A DNA stretch of 64,000 nt from Eledone cirrhosa. Its lineage: Eukaryota. Below the pieces are notes generated by a model, which saw only the letters and a program-made list of their open reading frames with translations, made no database searches and had not been told where the DNA came from. Both the position numbers and the translations under genes were made by a program. Positions 63,401 through 64,000 of the stretch are shown here, one piece after another. Position 1 is the stretch's first letter. Each line of letters begins with the position of its first letter. Where the stretch lies: contig OZ024742.1 of NCBI GenBank assembly GCA_964016885.1, positions 269,824,001 through 269,888,000 of the forward strand, given 5' to 3'.

Positions 63401-64000
63401 CACTGCATTAACTTATTTTTCGGAAAAACAACAAAAAAACGAACGGAAAATATCCCTTTTAGTAGTGTTTCCAGAAATCAAATAAAGAACCCTCAATTTC
63501 GTGAGGGGCTGACACACACACACTTATGCACATGCATCAATATAAGAAAATATGGCATATATACACACAAACGTGAAAAAATATAAAGAGGATATTGGTA
63601 GGATAGTGTCAGGAGAGGTAGACAGCAGAGGTTCTTCAGATAAGACACCTCCCACGAAAATGTTTCGGCCATTAAAGTCTTACGTTCTACGGGGACTGGG
63701 CTGCATCTAGGTCAATTAAACCACATGGAGATTTTGTTGACGGGGTCTAGCTATAACTCCGAGCTACCACCAACTGCGAACATGAGTTACTCAGAATTTC
63801 TTCCCTTGGCTTGGGTTAAAATAGGAACAAAATACCCTCAAACTGTATGAATCTCTTTTTGTTCAAGAGCGAAACACGAGGCAGATATGGCATATAAACA
63901 CACACGGCAGAGATATAAAGAATATATGACAAATTGGGCTACAGTAAATAGAAGAGAACGTGGATTTTGATGTTAAAGCAGGCTTTATGTTGATTGAACG

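Noticed and set aside
63545-63930. Further retrozyme-like unit (~335 bp spaced repeat, minus-strand GAAA..stem III..GTC at ~63640-63670)
   Set aside because: No CTGANGA or stem I partner found, and the direct repeat is short and diverged.

Overview
AT-rich, microsatellite-dense eukaryotic DNA with no recognisable host gene. The tRNA-derived SINE and RTE 3' tails resemble repeats I associate with octopod cephalopods (recalled, not verified). The window is almost entirely transposon-derived. It holds three R4/Dong-type RLE LINEs with (TAA)n tails, a Tx1/L1-type LINE, several RTE-clade LINEs, a CRE-type RLE fragment, several decayed Penelope-like elements (PLEs, one Naiad/Chlamys-like), non-autonomous Helitrons and SINEs. 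The main unexplained signal is non-coding: many type I hammerhead ribozyme (HHR) motifs, folded by eye, in short elements sitting in (TA)n tracts. One family has a ~426-510 nt tandem monomer, five loci and eight HHR copies with compensatory stem I changes, and looks like a non-LTR retrozyme (circRNA-forming, probably PLE-mobilised). A second family has a ~589 nt monomer with an HHR-like core split by large stem II/III insertions, and a third has a ~380 nt unit. Many of these elements have PLE-type inverted structures whose junctions fall at or inside the ribozyme. Most short ORFs in the track are microsatellite artefacts. Boundaries are approximate unless a motif is quoted.
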